Shown: positions 34,381 through 44,588 of the stretch, one piece after another
Position numbering within the stretch: the stretch's first letter is position 1
How the letters are laid out: every line of letters starts with the position of its first letter
Origin: Diplonema japonicum
Lineage: Eukaryota; Protista; Euglenozoa: Diplonemea
Assembly: GCA_964019335.1 (NCBI GenBank)
Contig: OZ025679.1
Coordinates: 372,001 to 436,000, forward strand
DNA: 64,000 nucleotides
Direction: 5' to 3'
Program-made: the position numbers and the translations under genes
Notes under the pieces: model-generated
What the model was told of the DNA's origin: nothing
What the model saw: the letters and a program-made list of their open reading frames with translations, nothing else
Database searches by the model: none

Positions 34381-34871
34381 ATCTCTTTTTTTTTCGGTAA
34401 AAGAAAAACAAAGGAGGGGGGGAAAAAATATCAGTTTCATATACCGCTAGGTGGGAAAAAGAAAAAGAAGAAAGGTAGGGGTGGTGTTATGAGTTTATTT
34501 CTTTCTTCTTTTTTTCATATTGAATTGCAAATATCTTTTTTTTTTTTTTTGAGTAGAAATGATTTTTCTGTCTTTTGATGTCTTTTTTTTTATTTTATTT
34601 TTGTGCATGCGCAATAGCTTTCTTTGATGGAGCCATCATTTGCACCTTTTTTTTTTACTCCCCCCCTTTCTCCCCCAGTGACAAAACCAGTACGTTTTTA
34701 TTTTTTTTTATACTTTTTTCTCCCCTCGACATATATCCCCGACGTCCTATCCTGTCTTGGCCCCCTTCACCCCCCCCCCCCCCTCCTTGTTTATCTATGT
34801 TATTCTTTTTCTCTCTCTTTTTTTTTTCATACGAAAAGCAATTATAAATAAAAGGGCAAAAAAAAAAAGAA

Positions 34872-35789
34872 ATGAGCAACATCATCGTGTATAGCTCTTA
34901 CATGGTCTGCATCAGGCCCCCGCAGCTTGCATTCCAGTACCTTTACAACCTTTCGGACTATCCAACCGAGCCCGATATTGTGTGGGGCCTCGTGTATGCA
35001 GTGATACTTGCAACGTTTGTGGAAATTCAAATGAGGAGGCACGGGGCAAGGGGTTTGGTCAACAAGGAGTGGAAGACCGGGGAAGTATACCTATACACCA
35101 TGGAAGGGCCTCACATGAAAACACTGCAAGTAGAGACCGGGTTGAGGCTGCTAGGTATTCGGTTCGAGAAGAAGTACATCGACATACCCGCTGGGGAAAC
35201 CTTCCCTTTTGTTGAAATGGAGGGCCAGCAGCTCACTGATTTTGAACAGATAATCCGCAACGTTTGTACAATACACACCTCCATACCATGGTCAGGGTAT
35301 TTTCAAGATTGTTTGAATGATTCACACACCCGACGTGAAGCGGAGGAGATCTACTTGGTGATTAACGGTGCGTTCTCTGCTTGTGTGACCCGCGGCCAGT
35401 GGGAGGATAACGATAACTGCAAAGCAATGCTCAGCCAGTCCAATATCAACCCCGAGCCTATGTGGCCTTCACAGGTTTTCAAAAACTACAAGAAGCGCAG
35501 GAGCTTCCTGGTGGAGTGCAAACCCTTCACCTCGAACCCCCTCGGGAACTACGAAGAGATCCATAGGCACGTTGCGCTAGTCGAAAGCTTCCTCGCTGAA
35601 TCTCAATCCATCAAAAGAGGCAACTATGCCACGGGCATCAACCCTGGACCACATGACTGTTCTATTTATGCGGCGCTGAAGGTTGTGCTTGATTCACCCC
35701 TTCCTGTGTCGCTCGTTCCCACCAACGCGCGGTACCCTTTCTGCAGGCTCTTTATGGACAGAATGGAGAATCTGCTGGATGATTTATGA
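34872..35789 (+). CDS. Metaxin/FAX-like GST-fold protein with N-terminal TM helix
   Basis: KTLQVETGLRLLGIRFE..FPFVEMEGQQLTDFEQII (GST_N) and G..PGPHDCSIYAAL (GST_C). Confidence 0.7.
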   Translation: MSNIIVYSSYMVCIRPPQLAFQYLYNLSDYPTEPDIVWGLVYAVILATFVEIQMRRHGARGLVNKEWKTGEVYLYTMEGPHMKTLQVETGLRLLGIRFEKKYIDIPAGETFPFVEMEGQQLTDFEQIIRNVCTIHTSIPWSGYFQDCLNDSHTRREAEEIYLVINGAFSACVTRGQWEDNDNCKAMLSQSNINPEPMWPSQVFKNYKKRRSFLVECKPFTSNPLGNYEEIHRHVALVESFLAESQSIKRGNYATGINPGPHDCSIYAALKVVLDSPLPVSLVPTNARYPFCRLFMDRMENLLDDL

Positions 35790-35936
35790 GGAAATAATAT
35801 ATGTCCCCAGCTTTGGAAGGACTCTAGATTCATTCATAGATGGTTTTTTTTTTTCTTTTTTTTATTATTAAAGATTAATATTTATTTTTTTTTTGGTGAA
35901 TAGGAAGACTTATAAAAAAAAGGGGGGGAAAAAGAA

Positions 35937-38119
35937 ATGCCCGGGAGAAAAGCAAACGACAATGTGGAGGCTCTTGAAGAAAGGCAGGTGTTTGTAAAGG
36001 ACATGATGGTGCTGTGTGAGGACGTCAAGGAATCGATGGACCCTGAGGGGAAGCTGAAGAAGCTTATGACCTCCTTAAAGTCGTTGTGCATCAGGATGGG
36101 ACTGAACAAGATCGCAAGGGCCCACCCGTTGAACAACATGCTCCGGAAGATTTCCATCAAGTACGGGAGCAGCGTGCTGGGCTTCTACAACCTTGCGTAC
36201 TGGTCCGTGAACATGAACCTGTTTTGCTTCATCTTCTGGTTCGTCTGGGTCATCCTCCCCTGGTTCAAGTACTGGGAAGGCGAAGGCTGGGAGGACGGCA
36301 ACAACAGCACCGTAATCAAATGGGATGAAATCGTCCTCAATTTCCTGGGTGCCAACGACGGAAACCGAACAACCGATAAATCCTGGTTCTTCTACTCCGG
36401 GTACCCCAAGAAATTCGACGATTACGAAATGGGGTTGATTTACGTCGTATTGTGCATCTGTACCTATGCCGGCGCGTTGCTTGCTTTGACACTAACCATC
36501 GGAGGACAGCTGAAGGACGATGTAGTACCTATCGGTGATATGAAGCTTCCTGTTACAGTTTTCGCATGGGACTGGCAAGTCTCAGACAAGCAAGCTGTTC
36601 ATGAGAAGCTTCTCGGTGCTTGGGTTGCCATCCAAGCCGAGTACTTCAGCGCAATGCGCCGAGCCGATTTTTTCACGGGTCAAAAGGTCCGCGTGAGGCG
36701 AAATGCAGGCTCACCTTGGTTAGACGGCGGTGTCATAAGCGATATAAACCACAAGCAATACGAGGTTTTACTCAAAAAGAATGAAGAAGGTAAAGAAGAA
36801 ACGTTAACACAAGTCGAGGAAGCAGATTTGGAAGCGGAGCTCATCTGCGGGCAGCGGCCGGCCACCGTTCGTATGGTGACAGGCTTCACGATTTCGTTCC
36901 TTCTCTGCATAGGCTCTCTCATAGCGCTGTACGCGTCAGTCAACTACAAGGACAGCATGGATAAGTCGTTCCCTTACACTTCTTCGATGGTGGTCAAAGC
37001 GATCAACATCCTTATCCCGCAGCTGCAGCGGAAGATAGTCGGTCTTGAGAAGATCAAGGACCCCAGCGTAGTGATCCAGCAGGAGGTGCTTCGCGTCTTC
37101 GTGATCAAGATGTGCGGGGTCATCTTTCTGTTCATCAGCATCAAGGAGATCGAAGCGTCGGCAGAGAACGACACGTGCCCGGAGTTCTTAATCGGTAAGA
37201 AAAAGAAATACAAAAAAGAAGGGAAAAAAAAAAAGGTGTGATGTTCGAACAGCTGATCATCATCGACGCCTTTGTTGATGTCATGATCACCATCGTGCAG
37301 ACGTTGTTAAAGGTAGAAACAACAACAACAACAACAACAAAACAGAAAAAGTCCGGAACGCGAATCGAGTTCAAGGTGTCGACGGAGATCATCAACACGC
37401 TGTACAGGCAGTGCCTCACCTGGATAGGTACCCCATATTGCCCTATGTTGCCGTTCATGAGCGGGGTGTGCATGGCAATTGTTTTCGTGGTGAAGGCTAA
37501 GTGTATGTTCGCGGTGTGCAAGACGCCTAGCCAGCCCGTCTCCGACGAAGGGGACGGTGGTGTGTACCAGATCCTCTTGCTCGTTTCGTTGTGCGTTGCG
37601 TATGTCCCGTTCTTCTCGTTCCTCCGAACGAAGAAGGAGTACTGCGGGCCACATTGGGACGAGAGCTGCACCGAGGCAACACACGACGAATGTGAAACGC
37701 CCCTCACCTCGTTGAACCTGTTCATTGAAAGAATGAAGCTCACCAACGTCACCAACTGGATGTTCAGCGCAGTGGTCCTCTTCGTGCTGTGCGTGTTGCT
37801 GTTGGTGATCATCTACTTCCTAACCGTCTCCCTCCTCTCCTCAAGGGTAAAAGGCAGAAAGAGAGCGCATGAGCTCGACACTGAGATCAAGCACTTGCAG
37901 TTCATGGTTAAGAATTCTAAAGGCATCGACGATCGGCCCCGATCCCCCGACTGCCTCACCGACACCGAGTACCACTCTCTGCTTGCCACTGTTGCCCCCG
38001 ACATCAGCACCTCCGTTGCGGAGTCTTTGCGGCCAGTTATCAATGCGCTTGAGCTTCGTAAGCGTGCCATGAAACAGTTGCAACCTGTGCTTCCTGGATC
38101 TATGCCTGATAAAGAGTAA
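35937..38119 (+). CDS. Transmembrane channel-like (TMC) protein, 3 exons
   Basis: KISIKYGSSVLGFYNL, WFFYSGY, VFAWDW, EFKVSTEIINTLYRQCLTWIGTPYCPMLP, YCGP match TMC motifs; introns 37195-37235 and probably 37313-37345. Confidence 0.88.
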
Positions 38120-38340
38120 CGCGGAAAAAAAAGGGTTTACCAAGATATAGACGAAATACTGTAGTTTCCACTGTAGAAATGTATATTTCTCTCCCGCCCT
38201 GTTGTTCCTATTTACATGGGGTTTCGCGGGGTTTTTTTCTTCTTCTTTATTCCCTTTCTTTTTTTCAATTCTTTTTTTTTGCTTGAGCGTGCGTTTGCGT
38301 ACCCCCCTCCGTGTGTAGTAAAGGTAGCCAAAAACAAACA

Positions 38341-38569
38341 ATGGCGGGAAAAGGTGGAAAGCCAAAGGAATGTAAAGACATCGAAGTACTGCAAAAGAAA
38401 AAAAAAAAAAAGAAAAAATAAACCAACCACAAAACACACTTCACAGAAGCTCTTGGCGTCTGCGGGGAAACTCGGGAAGGCGTTGCCGGGCTTCGGGAAG
38501 ACGAATCTGACGGCGAGCATCCACAACGGGTGGATGGGTGCTGACTGCGGCTCGATCCACCTGTCGTGA
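38341..38569 (+). CDS. Putative 55-aa spliced microprotein or uORF
   Basis: ATG after A-rich tract; intron 38386-38446 (GTACTG..poly(A)..CACAG) joins MAGKGGKPKECKDIE|KLLASAGK...GSIHLS*. Confidence 0.5.
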
Positions 38570-38688
38570 AAGGAGTAGCGTGGCTTTGGTCTTTAAGAAA
38601 TTTCCATTTGTGACCAAGCCATCACATGTACACAAAACGATATCATAAATACCTCTGTTACAACCATCCCTCAGGTCTCTATGCGCAA

Positions 38689-40245
38689 ATGACGGAGACC
38701 CTCCTTGCAAGCTGGTGGGAAAGCTTCGTCCGTCTCGCAGGTGAAGAGGCATGGGAACGAGATGCCACCGGTGCCGAGCTTCTTGACCCCGAACCATGCA
38801 CACCTCCCGGGACCCCACGGCATGGTGTGCGTGTGGACGGCGTTGTGGTCAGGATGCCCTCGGAGGAGGACGCCAGACGTCTTTGTGCTTGGCTAGCACC
38901 CTATGGACCCGTCTCCGTTTTAAGCGAAAGTACACCCACCACGCGGGGTGAGCGCGTGAAGGGTTGCTTCCTCTCGCTCACCCCGACCAAGGTCAGTACT
39001 ATTCCCAAAGGCGACAAGTATGCGTCGGTCATAAGCTACATCTCGCAGCAGATGCATTACACCGCCAGCCCAGACAGCACCCCCGTGCAGCGCCCTGTCT
39101 TGTCTTACTCACAGCAGCGAAAGCAGCTCTCTGCCGTCCGACAGTGCATCCCACGGCAGGGCACGCTGCAAAGATGTGTTGACGGCAAGCTCCTTTTCAC
39201 CGACGTGTGTACAGTGGGCCTTGCAATACCTATAACCGCCATCCTGTCGATCGCTGCTGCCATCAGAACCCTTCCTAAGCCTTGCCCGGTGAGGAAGAGG
39301 GTCCGGCGGGTGCAGGAGCCGCTTGACGACCTGCAAGACATCAAGGAAGCCGATGGCGTCGTGAAATGGGCCTCACAGGGTGGGTTGCTCGTGCTGCGTC
39401 CTGGGAAAAAACTGCTTCAGACCAAAAGGGAAGGAGAGCAGGTTGTGGCGATGCTCAAGAACAACAAACTCGGGAAAGAGTTCACAGAAGATGCCTACGA
39501 AGAGCTCAGGAACAGGCAGTACCTGAAGCAGAAGAAACAGTTCCACAGGGACAGCGTGTTCGGGAAGAGCGGGCTGACAAGCAGCTCGTTTCAGACATCA
39601 ATGCAACTGCCAAAAGAGGTGGATGAAGTGGTAGTGGTAAGGAGCCAGAGCCCACGAGAGCGACCGAAAACCGAAACATTATGTGACATCAAAGAATCGA
39701 GACGGAAGTTATTCATGCTGAAGAGGTCGGCGGTGGAGCAGAACGCCCTGATGGAGAAGCGAAAGAAGATGGAAAAAAGCGTGATGATGGGGAGGTTTCG
39801 GAACAAGCTGCAGCACGACACAGAGATGAACAAGATCATGCTGAACAGGAGCTTTGACAAGTCGTTGCTGCACCCAGACGTGAGGACCCGGGGGGTCTTG
39901 TGTGAAAACACCGACAAGCTGGCCTCCAAGCGTCTCGGACTCTCAGGGCAGTCCGTCCCAGAAAGGAGCCCAGTCAAAAGTGAGAATAGGCTCCCTCCCT
40001 TCTTTCGACCTGATTCAGCAGGCCTGCAACCCAACGACTTCTTGACAAACAAGGCCTCCATCATCCCTTCCAGATGTTATTGGCACGATTACAACCAGTA
40101 CGCAGCAGAGGTAAAGCACAGCTCGGTTCTCATGAAATCCACCAGTCCTTTGAATACGCGGAAACGCTTTGCAAGAGGGCCTGACGAAGCTCTGAGAAAG
40201 ATCACATTGAGAGCCACACGGCTGCCTTACAGTACATACTCGTAG
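38689..40245 (+). CDS. Hypothetical protein
   Basis: Long ORF (in-frame ATGs at 38626 and 38689); no recognised domain. Confidence 0.7.
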   Translation: MTETLLASWWESFVRLAGEEAWERDATGAELLDPEPCTPPGTPRHGVRVDGVVVRMPSEEDARRLCAWLAPYGPVSVLSESTPTTRGERVKGCFLSLTPTKVSTIPKGDKYASVISYISQQMHYTASPDSTPVQRPVLSYSQQRKQLSAVRQCIPRQGTLQRCVDGKLLFTDVCTVGLAIPITAILSIAAAIRTLPKPCPVRKRVRRVQEPLDDLQDIKEADGVVKWASQGGLLVLRPGKKLLQTKREGEQVVAMLKNNKLGKEFTEDAYEELRNRQYLKQKKQFHRDSVFGKSGLTSSSFQTSMQLPKEVDEVVVVRSQSPRERPKTETLCDIKESRRKLFMLKRSAVEQNALMEKRKKMEKSVMMGRFRNKLQHDTEMNKIMLNRSFDKSLLHPDVRTRGVLCENTDKLASKRLGLSGQSVPERSPVKSENRLPPFFRPDSAGLQPNDFLTNKASIIPSRCYWHDYNQYAAEVKHSSVLMKSTSPLNTRKRFARGPDEALRKITLRATRLPYSTYS

Positions 40246-40408
40246 GGAAAAAAAATGAAACGGAAAGAAAGACTGATTTTTTTTTTGTTTCTTTGCGTTT
40301 CCACGCTAAAACAAAAAAAAAAAACAAAACAAAAAAAGAATTTTTTTTTTTTAATTCGATGAAACGCGTGATATTTTTTTCTTTTATATTCACACAGGGA
40401 AATAAAAC

Positions 40409-40513
40409 ATGGGATCCGTTCCTAGGCCTAGGGGCATGCGCCCCAAGTGGAAGAAGAAGAGGTTGAAAAGGTTGAAGAGGAGAAGACGGAAGATGAGGCA
40501 GAGGTCCAAATAG
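40409..40513 (+). CDS. RPL41: Ribosomal protein eL41 (eS32) with 9-aa N-terminal extension
   Basis: [34 protein letters not shown]; core matches [25 protein letters not shown]; too short for the ORF track. Confidence 0.95.
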   Translation: [34 protein letters not shown]

Positions 40514-41018
40514 ACTGGGCTTCTCATCTTTCTATAGCATCATCCCATAAAACAAATAAAAACCGATCCCTTTGCTACCGCGCGTTTCAGAGTACGACAA
40601 GATGAATACCGGTGAGACGTAAAATGAAAAAAAAGAAGAAAAAAAGAGAAGGGGGGGAAAGTACGAACCAAGATCAACTGAGGTTTACTTTTCCCTCTCT
40701 TTTCTTTTTTTTTTTATAGGTAGGATAGGGGGGTTTTTTTTTAAGGGATTATTTCATCTTCTCTTCCTTTTTTATTTTATTTTACCCTCCACATTTTTTT
40801 CTCTTTTTTCTTTTCTCCTTTCCCCCCCCCCTTTTTATTTGCCGTTTTTTCGTTCTCTTTTCCGGACGTGCCCCTTTTTCTTGAAAAAGGGAGACGATCG
40901 GTGGGGTAGGAAGAACAACAAAAAAAGAGGGGGAAAAAAAATCTTTTTTTTTTTTACACATTTCAAATCATCACGCATTTCAGAGAAGTATTTTAAAAAA
41001 AAAAGAAAAAAAAAGAAA

Positions 41019-41533
41019 ATGTCATCAGGTTTCACTGAAGGGCCTGCGGCTGAAGAGGAGACGTTGTTGCAGTTGGAGGAGAATTTAGAGATCTACAGGA
41101 AACAGCAGAAGCAGGTTGATCTCATGCTCCAATCTGACCCTAAAAACACGCAGATCTTAGACATCAGGAAGGATGTGGAGGAAGCCTTGAGGATCACTCT
41201 GGGAAAGATAGCGGAAAAGAAGAAACTGGAAGCAGAAGCCGACGAAAGGTCCTATGTAGAAGGAGCCTTTGTAGAAGCTCAGTTTGAGGACAGCCAATGG
41301 TACACATGCAGAATTCTCAAGGTAAAAGAGGCAAAAACCTGGACAGTGACCTCTATTGGCTACGCGAGTCAATTCGATGTTTCCTTAAACAGGATCAGGC
41401 CCTGGAAGCCCCCAATGTCACTCAAGAAGGGAGACGATGTAGAAGCAGTAAACCCAGCCAACAACCTCTTCTATCCAGCGGTGGTGGACACGGTCACTGC
41501 TTCATCATCTGTTTGGGTGTATGTGTTTCTTCT

Positions 41534-41564
<31 letters not shown>

Positions 41565-42031
41565 CCCTTCCCAAAAAAAAAAAAAAAAAAAAAAAATCAG
41601 GCAATTCAAGACATCACGCAGCATTGAAGAAGTCCCCCTCACCCACGTAAGGATAAAACGGGCCGGAGCGGTAAAAAGATTTCGGGTATTTGTTTTACAA
41701 AAAAAAAGGGGGGGGTTAATATTTTTACAGGAAGACGCACCAGTGGGGAATAACAAACCGTCCCGCGACAAGGATATGGACCAGCGAGAGAAGAAAAAAC
41801 TCAAGACACAGAAATGGAAGGAAAGGGTAAAAGAGATGAGCAAGGAGCAGGAATCGTCAAGGAAAGAATGGAACTCATTCATGTCTAAACAGAAGGTACC
41901 TTCCTTCCCCTCTCAAAAAAAAAAAAAAAAAAAAAAAAAAAACACAGCCGAAGCCAGGAAGACCCAACACTTCGATATTCTCGTCGAAGGGCGATGGCAA
42001 GGTCGGGTTCTCCCAGGGGCCGAAGAGATAA
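41019..42031 (+). CDS. SPF30/SMNDC1-like Tudor-domain splicing factor, 4 exons
   Basis: LEIYRKQQKQVDLML..DPKN..KDVEE, Tudor (VEAQFEDSQWYTCRI), EQESSRKEWNSF, SIFSS..GKVG; introns 41519-41600, 41671-41730, 41896-41947. Confidence 0.85.
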
Positions 42032-42103
42032 TTCTTCTCTTTTTCATTTTTTTTTTTTTTTCCCTCCGTTTCTAACACAACAAGGCTGGGGGGGGAAAAG
42101 AAA

Positions 42104-42370
42104 ATGCCTCACAATCCCAACGTATTATCCTCCTACGCCCAGGCAGCTCACCACTACCATGACCCGCTGCTGGCAACTTCACAAGCAAGCAGAGAGACAA
42201 AGCCGTGGTACGTGTGCCCCAGGACCCCTTGGATAGATGGGTGGAAGTTCAACGGCGCACCATTCTTTGGGGCAGAACACAGACGGCTCGCTGACAACCC
42301 AGGAATGCTGATACAAGCCGGGTTTATGTATGGGTTTGGCTGGGGCATGAACTCGTATGTAAAAAAAAAA

Positions 42371-42401
<31 letters not shown>

Positions 42402-43126
42402 AAATAAAAATAAAAAAATTAACTCCGTTTTCAGATGCGTTCAAGATATGGGTATTGAGAGGTATGGTACTTGGGGGGCCAAGCAGCAACACGTCCGAGC
42501 TGGGCACGAATGGGCCCAGCGCCGTCTTGCGTTCGTCTGGACTCTACGACCGGCAGTGCTAGCTTCGCTCCTTGTTTCGAGCTACTGCGTCCCCAAAGAA
42601 GTGTTTTCACAAAACTTCGGGAGGCGGAACAAACGGTTCGGCTACGACCCTGTTCCCAACATAGTGGGGTCCGCGTTTTTGTTCCCGGCCGCGTGGTTGC
42701 TGCTTGGTCACGTATGGGCAAGAACCGTGCTTCTTGCTTCCTTTACCGGCTGGTCTTTGTACGACATTGGTCACGCATTTGGTGTGTAGGAAGGGAGGAA
42801 AAAAAACTTTTTTTTTTTTTTACAGGTCAAGATACTTTCACGTATCAGCGAGAGAGCATCTACCCCATTGTAATGGCCTCACACTACGGTCTTCCCAACG
42901 GGGGTGAGGGCTTCGATGGCATTGCGGGTGGTGAGCATGCAAAGGAGTGGAGGATGGAGTCCTCGACAGAGTCCATGTGGCTCAACGGGAAAAATAATGT
43001 GTGTAAAAAAGATTTTTTTTTTATTTTGTATTTTTTTCTACACACACACAGCTCGGTACCAGTGCAAAATACGACAACCATCCCAAATTCCAGCAAGAGT
43101 GGGGGCATGCTGCGTATTTCTCTTAG
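42104..43126 (+). CDS. Multi-pass membrane protein, possibly Tim17/NDUFA11-like mitochondrial protein, 4 exons
   Basis: Introns 42355-42434, 42782-42825, 42999-43051 give one ~281-aa frame; Gly-rich TM helices and DPVPNIVG; family call tentative. Confidence 0.6.
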
Positions 43127-43398
43127 AGCCCAGGGGTGGTTTTTTTTTGTTTTTTTAGGGGGCGTCTCACAAAGACTTCCTTTAACTCATATATTTTTTT
43201 TTTTCCCCCATCCACTATGTAAACTTATCCCACATTTTTTTTTTTTTGGATCAGTGTCACCTTCTGAGTGTTTTTTTTACCCTTTCCCCCCCCCCCCCAT
43301 TCTTTCTTTTTATGAGTGTGCTTCCATCCTCCCCCTCCTTTCCCCTACTACTACCACGAAAAAATTTTTTTTACTTTTTCATTTTTTTTTTTTTATAT

Positions 43399-44426
43399 GA
43401 GCTCGTCCGGACGAAAATGTCAACACCTTTTTGGGCACCTCCGAAAATTTCTTGTTTTGATTATTTGAGCAAAAAAAGGGCAGCATGCAACCATAGGAAG
43501 ATGACATATATGGTGTACATGACGCCGTTCTTTCAATTGCGATGCTTGTTTTGCCATGAGGGTGGCAGGCTTTGCAACTGGCTGCCCCCGGGAAGCGAAA
43601 AATAGAGGTCAAAAAAACGGCGAAAAATGTTTAAAATGCAATTCCATTGCTTAAAATGCAGCATCTAGGGTGCATAAAATTGGTGATCAAGCGCACTTGT
43701 GACCCCTGGGTACAACCCAGGGTCGGGTTACTGTTAAAAGTACTTAGCGAAAAATATATGGCGCCGCATAGCCCCCGAAAATCCGGTTTTTTACACCCTA
43801 TTTTTTGGCTTTTTCAAGGGGTTCCAAAGGGATTTTGGCCTTTTTCAGAAAAACCAATTCTTAACACTCGCCTGCTCATGCAGAGCTTCGACATTGGTAT
43901 CTTTGGGGTCAAACTTTCATTCCCTACCTATCTGCTGAGGTTTTTCCTTTTCTTTTGCACTCATAATACTTTAAAAGTGAAGATTTTGCTTTTTCAAGGG
44001 GTTTTAAAGGGGTTTTAGCCTTAAATAGGCCAAAATGGCACTTTAAGGGTAAGTTCTCCCCACCCCATTTTAATAGTGATTTAGAGTCCAGCCCACCCAA
44101 AATGACCCCAAAGGTTTCACAGATTTTCAATCTGCATCCATTCCTCCTGTCGCTTTTCACGGAAAAACGAGAATAAAAAATGGAGTCTGGGTTATTTGTA
44201 ACTTCCAAATTGAATTGTTTGCCAAAAGCCATTCTAAAAAACATGCTTTTGCACGTGCGTTTAAAAATAAAACAAACTGCGAGCATTTTGACCTATATGG
44301 TGTTCAAGCTTAGACTGCATTTCTGCACACAAAGTGGTGTCGGACTACTTTTTTACTTAGAAATTTAACGGGAGTTTTACGCCGCATAGGAGGGTCATTT
44401 GTTGACATTTTTTTCCGGACGAGCTC
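43399..44426. mobile_element. 1028-bp non-autonomous DNA transposon (MITE), Sola-like ends
   Basis: 27-bp TIRs GAGCTCGTCCGGACGAAAATGTCAACA / TGTTGACATTTTTTTCCGGACGAGCTC (2 mismatches), ATAT on both sides; internal repeat CTTTTTCAAGGGGTT at ~43809 and ~43989; no transposase. Confidence 0.88.
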
Positions 44427-44588
44427 ATATTATTCTTTTCTTTTTCCAACCCCCTTTTTTTTCTTAAAAAGATGAACTTCTTTCTTTTTTTTTCTTTCTT
44501 TCTTCATAATTTTTTTTTCCCCTCTTTTTTTTTCAAGAAAACAACAAACAAAAAGAGGGAGGAAAAAGAGAGAGAGAGAGAAGAGCGA

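Noticed and set aside
38449-38625. TGA read-through or selenocysteine extending the 38626 ORF upstream (TGA at 38542 and 38611)
   Set aside because: No SECIS seen; TGA acts as a normal stop in many genes here; a spliced ORF in another frame explains the region
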